DNA from: Candidatus Spongiisociaceae bacterium
Lineage (GTDB): Bacteria > Actinomycetota > Acidimicrobiia > Spongiisociales > Spongiisociaceae
Length of the DNA stretch: 64,000 nt
NCBI GenBank assembly: GCA_965219685.1
Contig: CBDCOH010000002.1
Span: 3,904,001 to 3,968,000, forward strand
Direction: 5' to 3'
The notes below the pieces were generated by a model. That model saw nothing but the letters and a program-made list of their open reading frames with translations, was not told where the DNA came from and did not search any database. Positions 59,150 through 64,000 of the stretch are shown piece after piece. Each line of letters starts with the position of its first letter. The first letter of the stretch is position 1. The translations under genes were made by a program, and so were the position numbers.

Positions 59150-60557
59150 CCAGCGAGCCATCTACAGCCAGGCTGCAGAATGCGTCCACACCGCTCTCAG
59201 TGAGCGATAGAACATGTCGCGATGCCCTGATTGTTCCGCCCGTCGAGACCAGGTTCAGTACTGCGATTGCCTTGACAAGTCGGTCTTCCGCTGGGGTGAG
59301 ACCATGGGAATCTCGGATCCGGACGGCTATTTCGGTCCAGCGGCTTGAGTGCTGTGCACCGATGCCGTTTGAAACGAAGTAGTCATAGACTGTCGCGAGG
59401 CCAACGGACGGCAGATGAGCCCCAGCCTGCCACTCGTGGGAGGTTAGGAACGATGAAGCGCTTCTGGAGTCAGGCCCTGCGAGGAACGAGAAGAGCGTCC
59501 TTTCGTGTTGCCCGTAGCGGCTGCACAACTCGGGGAGGACGAGAGCGGACAGAGGATGCAGGGGGTAGCAGGCAGCTATCCCTTGCGGTGTTGCTAGGTC
59601 ACCAACGCCAAGTGACCGTATCGCTTCGACATACCGCCCAGCCCACTGGTCAATCCGTTCTCGCAGCCTTGGGTCCGTGATCTCGAAAACGGTTCGAATG
59701 AGAGCGCGGGTTTGTGCTGGGGACTCAACAAAGGCTATGTCCTCGAACCGACCCTGGACCTTGGCCCACTCCCGACGCTGCGGTATGTCAGCGCCTCCGA
59801 GGTAGTCCTCGAAGGAGAGGTGCTGGAGCGTCAGCACGAAGATAGGAAGGCCAGCGGTGCTTTGGCCGGCCTCTGCCAACTGTTGGAGTAAGTATGGGTC
59901 AGCGTCAACGCCGTCGCGGAACGCTTCGAGGTTCTTACCGAACTCGTCGATGATCAACAGCAGCGGGGACTCTTCAGCAAGGCACCTGGCAATCTCGATG
60001 AGTGCTACGGGTGACGGACCGGACCGACGGGGGTCGTTGTCGGCGACATCTTCCAACGCTCCCCGGAGAGCGTCAGCAGCGGCGAAAGCTCCGCTTGAGG
60101 GGATCTCGCCGAATCTACGGAGAACGGCTGTGTGGAGTGCCCGAAGGATGGTGTGGCTGAGCGGTTCGCGCTCCGCGGTTACCAGTCCGCTAGAGAATCC
60201 TGACCTGTTGGTTTCGTAACGTTGATGGGCTTCACGCACCAGATTCCCCACAGCTGGGGATGTTTTGCCAACCAGGTCCAGCGCTAGGTGGCGGGTATCG
60301 GGAGGAGTGTTCCCGAACGCTGCGTCGAGGAGGAGCGCAAGCGATGACTTCCCTGATCCGTAGGGACCGGTAAGCGACCACGCCCCACCAGCCGGACCAG
60401 AGGCGGCGGCATGAGCGATCCTCTCTACTACGTCGAGGGCACGAGCGGTTACAACATATCCTTCAAGTGGCTCCGCACGCGTCGCGTCGCGCACCAGGTT
60501 GGCTGACCGAGCGAACCGCCCCGTCACAGCAACGCTTCCGGTCAGGGAAGGCATCAT
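59150..60557 (-). pseudogene. sspC: SspC-like P-loop ATPase, C-terminally truncated
   Basis: TGPYGSGKSS, IIDEFGKNLE, LLQQLAE, EWAKVQGRF, YPLHP, GQHERTLFSFL; after about 470 aa it runs out of frame into PD40 DNA. Confidence 0.72.
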
Positions 60558-61621
60558 CGCCCGCCCATCGCCACGGGGGTACGACCGTACAGTTTGCGCA
60601 TCGCTTCGCTCGGGTTACGTCCGAGGCCCAATTCTTCCAAGAGATCGTCATCCACGGGTTGGTCCCCGTGATGGCCTGCCCGCACAACCGGCGGTTCAGC
60701 TTGGTAGTAATCGTTTAGTACTTCGACAGCGATCCGAGTCGGATCGGCACGCCACGACAGTTGCGAGACTCCGGTCGGTGTGATGAGGTCAACAGTGTCG
60801 GACCTTTCTAAGACAGGTTCCAAAGCCTGCTGAAGCTCGGCTTCTGTGAGCTTGAACACCCTTCCGGGTGCGCCCGATTCGTACGCCAACCGGCTCAGCG
60901 TCACTGTGTTACCACTAGTGCCGGTCCGGGCGACGTAGTCAAGCGCCGTGTAGCAGACAACCGCCGATGGCAGGCTGGGTTTTGGGCCGAGCGTGAATCG
61001 GAACCGTCCGGTAGCTTCTGAAACTTCGATCAGGTTCAGTTCCCGCAGCGGGCAATCCAAGATGTCGTCGATGCTTGTACGGGCCGAGCGTACCGGCGGA
61101 CCATAGGTCCGCAACAAGGCTCGCACGTCCTTCTTCCGAGATGTAGGATGCGGCATCTTCCAAGACGACACAGCCTCGAGGTGGGTTTCGATAGCCAGGT
61201 CGAGGTCAGCATCTTCGAACTCGACTGCGTCGAAGTTGTTGAACGCCAGCCACCAGACCGGCAATCTCGAGGGCGGTGCCATCAACAGCCAGTGCAAGAG
61301 CCACAACGTTCCCGGATCCTCCATGAAGCGATCCCATCCCATCTCCCCGAACAGGGCATGACCCATACGAGTAGGTATGATGCCGGGCGAGCGCCGGTTC
61401 GGTGCCTTCGGGTCCTCGACCAACAACTTGGCCGCGAGACCCCAGAAACGAATCGACCGAACCATGTTCTTGCCCACCCCGATCAGCACAGGCGCTTCAT
61501 GCTGACTGAACACAGCCGGATCCCTCGCCGCCGAAGCGTACGCCTTGCGGAACCACCCGTAACGAGGGTGGAACGTCTCATGACGAGCGAACATAGGCAG
61601 GGCTGCGTCAACAAGCCGCAT
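60554..61621 (-). CDS. sspB: DUF4007 family protein (SspB-like)
   Basis: FARHETFHPRYGWFRK, GVGKNMVRSIRFW, TLWLLHW, LDCPLRELNLI. Confidence 0.82.
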   Translation of the reverse strand: MRLVDAALPMFARHETFHPRYGWFRKAYASAARDPAVFSQHEAPVLIGVGKNMVRSIRFWGLAAKLLVEDPKAPNRRSPGIIPTRMGHALFGEMGWDRFMEDPGTLWLLHWLLMAPPSRLPVWWLAFNNFDAVEFEDADLDLAIETHLEAVSSWKMPHPTSRKKDVRALLRTYGPPVRSARTSIDDILDCPLRELNLIEVSEATGRFRFTLGPKPSLPSAVVCYTALDYVARTGTSGNTVTLSRLAYESGAPGRVFKLTEAELQQALEPVLERSDTVDLITPTGVSQLSWRADPTRIAVEVLNDYYQAEPPVVRAGHHGDQPVDDDLLEELGLGRNPSEAMRKLYGRTPVAMGGR

Positions 61622-62783
61622 CGATGTCCTCTCCGTAGGTCATACGACGAACATACGACACGGCAGTGACAGTCCTCTCAACCGCTGCATCGATGTCGTC
61701 GGGGGTCGTGAACCGGCCCAGGCTATACCTGATCGACTCGAACGCTGCGTCACGGTCGAGGCCCATCGCCACGAGCACCCCGGACGGTTCGATCGAACCA
61801 GAGCTACAAGCACTACCCGCCGACACCGCCACCGGGTCCATATTCACCAGGACAGCATCCGCGTCGGCACCTGCGAATCGTATGTTCGTGGTGTTCGGTA
61901 GTCGGCGTGTGGTGTCCCCGTTCTCATACATCTCTGGAACACGTTGCTGGAGAACACGTACTAGCCGATCTCGAAGCTGGCAGACCCGGCTGGATTCCTC
62001 GACGTGTTCGTCCGAGGCGATACGGGCCGCTGCGCCGAACCCCACCACCCCCGCAACGTTGATCGAACCTGACCGTAGCCCACGCTCGTGACCGCCGCCA
62101 TGGATGAGTGGGCACAAGCGTTCCATGCCACGACGTGTCCCGACCAGCGCACCCACCCCACCCGGACCGCAGATCTTGTGGCCGCTGAACGAAACCAGAT
62201 CCGCTCCGACAACGTCGAGCTCGAAACCGAGACGTCCCACCAACTGCGTTATGTCGCAGTGGAACAAGCCACCATATCGATGGACCTGTTCAGCGATCCC
62301 CGCCACCGGGTTCAACACGCCCGTCTCGCTGTTCGCTGCCACCGCGCATACCAGGAGCACATCCGGCCCCATCATGTCCCCCACCACGTCCGGATCCACG
62401 AAGCCTCCAGCGGTAACAGGAATCATTTCGACTTTCGCCAGGCCCTGTGCAGCCATCCAGCGCGCTGGTTCAAGAACCGACGCGTGTTCAGCCTCCGACA
62501 CCAGCACCCGTGACCGGCTGTCCTCCTTCCCTTCGACAATTCCGCGCAGGACGAGGTTGTTCGCCTCGGTCGCCCCGGCCGTGAACACCACCCGACCAGC
62601 CCTACCACCAACCAAGCCAGCGACCTGATCCCGTGCCTCCCGAACCATGGCAGCCTGGCGCCGCCCAAAACGATGCGCTGACGAGGCATTTCCCAAGCCT
62701 CCAACAAGGAGCGGCATCATCGCGTCGAGGACCCGCGGATCGAGCGGTCCGGATCCGTTGTAGTCGAGATACACCTCGGTCAC
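61608..62783 (-). CDS. Cysteine desulfurase (IscS/SspA-like)
   Basis: YLDYN, GNASS, NSETG, SGHK, GGGHERGLRSG, SAGSACSS; overlaps the DUF4007 gene. Confidence 0.92.
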   Translation of the reverse strand: MTEVYLDYNGSGPLDPRVLDAMMPLLVGGLGNASSAHRFGRRQAAMVREARDQVAGLVGGRAGRVVFTAGATEANNLVLRGIVEGKEDSRSRVLVSEAEHASVLEPARWMAAQGLAKVEMIPVTAGGFVDPDVVGDMMGPDVLLVCAVAANSETGVLNPVAGIAEQVHRYGGLFHCDITQLVGRLGFELDVVGADLVSFSGHKICGPGGVGALVGTRRGMERLCPLIHGGGHERGLRSGSINVAGVVGFGAAARIASDEHVEESSRVCQLRDRLVRVLQQRVPEMYENGDTTRRLPNTTNIRFAGADADAVLVNMDPVAVSAGSACSSGSIEPSGVLVAMGLDRDAAFESIRYSLGRFTTPDDIDAAVERTVTAVSYVRRMTYGEDIDAAC

Positions 62784-63018
62784 AATGTGCTCCACCCTAC
62801 AAAGAAGCCGAATGGACCGCCGACACTACACGACACCGGATCCCTGCAGTCCGAACGCTCCCGATCAGCCTCAGCAACGAGACCGAACACCCCTAGCCCT
62901 GACCAGCGGGACGGGTCGATGCCCCGGCTGTCCAGTGCCCACCGAAGCGGCGGCCGCGGCTTCGGAATCGGCCGGCTCCGCACTCCACTCTGTCCCCTTT
63001 CCATTAAGAGATGTCGGC

Positions 63019-64000
63019 TCAGAGCCTGTTTGGGTTGGATGACCACGGGCCTATGAACTGGAGGACTCCCTCCAGTTGCTCAACCAGCCTGTCGTAGGTC
63101 TGCATCCTGATCCGCTCCTTCTCGTGAAGCTCGCGGCGTAAGGCCCTCGCCGCGGGTCGGAGCTTCCCCCGCCGCCCGATCAGCACGACCGCTTCAGCCC
63201 GTAGTTCGATATCGGGAAGGCAGATCCCTGTGTCAGGGTCCAAGTCCCGCGCCTGGTGAAGGTTGGCTCCAATCCATCGCCGCCAATCGTTAATCTGTTC
63301 GACGCCCTTACGAGCGTAAGAGTCGAACTGGTTGGTCTTCTTCAGGGTCACACGGGAGTGGGGGGTCTCGAGTTCCACCAATATCCAGCGGATACCGTTC
63401 GAGTCAATATCTGCAAGCAGGAAGTCAGCGACGTAACGGCCGCCGAAGCGGACCTTCGGACGACAGTACCGCGACGGGCCTCGGACGAGTGAGGCCAGCA
63501 GCTGCGGGCGACGCTCGAGCAGCTCCTGGATCGGTTTCTCGCTGTCGGCCTCGTCAAGAACGTGGCGCAGCTCCTCTATGTCCTCCGCGCTTGCTTCTTG
63601 GGTCACGGCGTAGGGCTCCAGGGCTGCCAACTTTGCCCGTGAGACCGTCGAGGTAGCTGACCGCTCCGCCGCGCGGTTCCTGGCCAGTTTCCGCGCTCGA
63701 GCGCTTCTCTCCGATGTGTCGCCGTGTCGGGCAACCATGGTCAGCTGGTCGGGCCACGCCTGCGCGCCGCGCCCGCCGGCGAAGTACACCTTCCCGTCGT
63801 CCCCGATCGAGGACACCACTTCGTACTGGTCGTTGGATGAGTGCCATGACACAACATCGCCCGTCGCCAGACGGAGTTCACTAAGCCGATGCATCCGGTC
63901 CGCTAACAGGAAGAACTGTATCCATGCGTGGGCTTCTCCGTAGCTGTCAACCGTGGGTGTTGCAACAGACGCCGCCTTAGCCAGGTCCACCAGCCACTCG
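63019..64000 (-). CDS. sduA: Shedu (DUF4263/SduA) immune nuclease with N-terminal extension; 5' end probably beyond the window
   Basis: EKPIQELLE, ADFLL, LVELETP, GVEQINDWR, VLIGRR, QTYDRL; frame stays open to the window edge. Confidence 0.78.
   Translation of the reverse strand, partial: EWLVDLAKAASVATPTVDSYGEAHAWIQFFLLADRMHRLSELRLATGDVVSWHSSNDQYEVVSSIGDDGKVYFAGGRGAQAWPDQLTMVARHGDTSERSARARKLARNRAAERSATSTVSRAKLAALEPYAVTQEASAEDIEELRHVLDEADSEKPIQELLERRPQLLASLVRGPSRYCRPKVRFGGRYVADFLLADIDSNGIRWILVELETPHSRVTLKKTNQFDSYARKGVEQINDWRRWIGANLHQARDLDPDTGICLPDIELRAEAVVLIGRRGKLRPAARALRRELHEKERIRMQTYDRLVEQLEGVLQFIGPWSSNPNRL

Noticed and set aside
61608-62783. Housekeeping iscS or dndA of a Dnd system
   Set aside because: No isc/suf/mnmA or dndBCDE neighbours; it overlaps a DUF4007 gene, which fits the Ssp type.

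Overview
High-GC bacterial DNA, most likely Actinomycetota. The SLH and PD40 repeat proteins and the toxin-antitoxin (TA) families resemble those of Acidimicrobiia, possibly a host-associated lineage (inference). About 1-45 kb is mostly nitrogen and small-molecule catabolism: an N-methylglutamate methylamine module (mgsABC with divergent gmaS), a fuconate-dehydratase cluster, a CoxLMS-type molybdo-hydroxylase with a Dpp-type ABC importer, E1 alpha/beta with a free lipoyl protein, several amidohydrolases, a NicX-like 2,5-dihydroxypyridine dioxygenase, and a proline racemase/dehydrogenase set. About 47-64 kb is an accessory/defence region with many TA modules, a CmoM-like methyltransferase, a PD40 gene broken by two TGA codons at conserved Trp positions, a truncated Ssp-type phosphorothioation operon (cysteine desulfurase, DUF4007, ATPase) and a Shedu (DUF4263) nuclease that runs off the end. 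The structure least explained by standard annotation is non-coding. It consists of 7-bp tandem arrays that often begin at stop codons and form inverted arms, plus three diverged copies of a ~200-280 bp element, two of which keep a sigma70-like promoter. No rRNA, tRNA, CRISPR array, transposase or integrase was recognised. All calls come from motif recognition by eye; no database searches were run.
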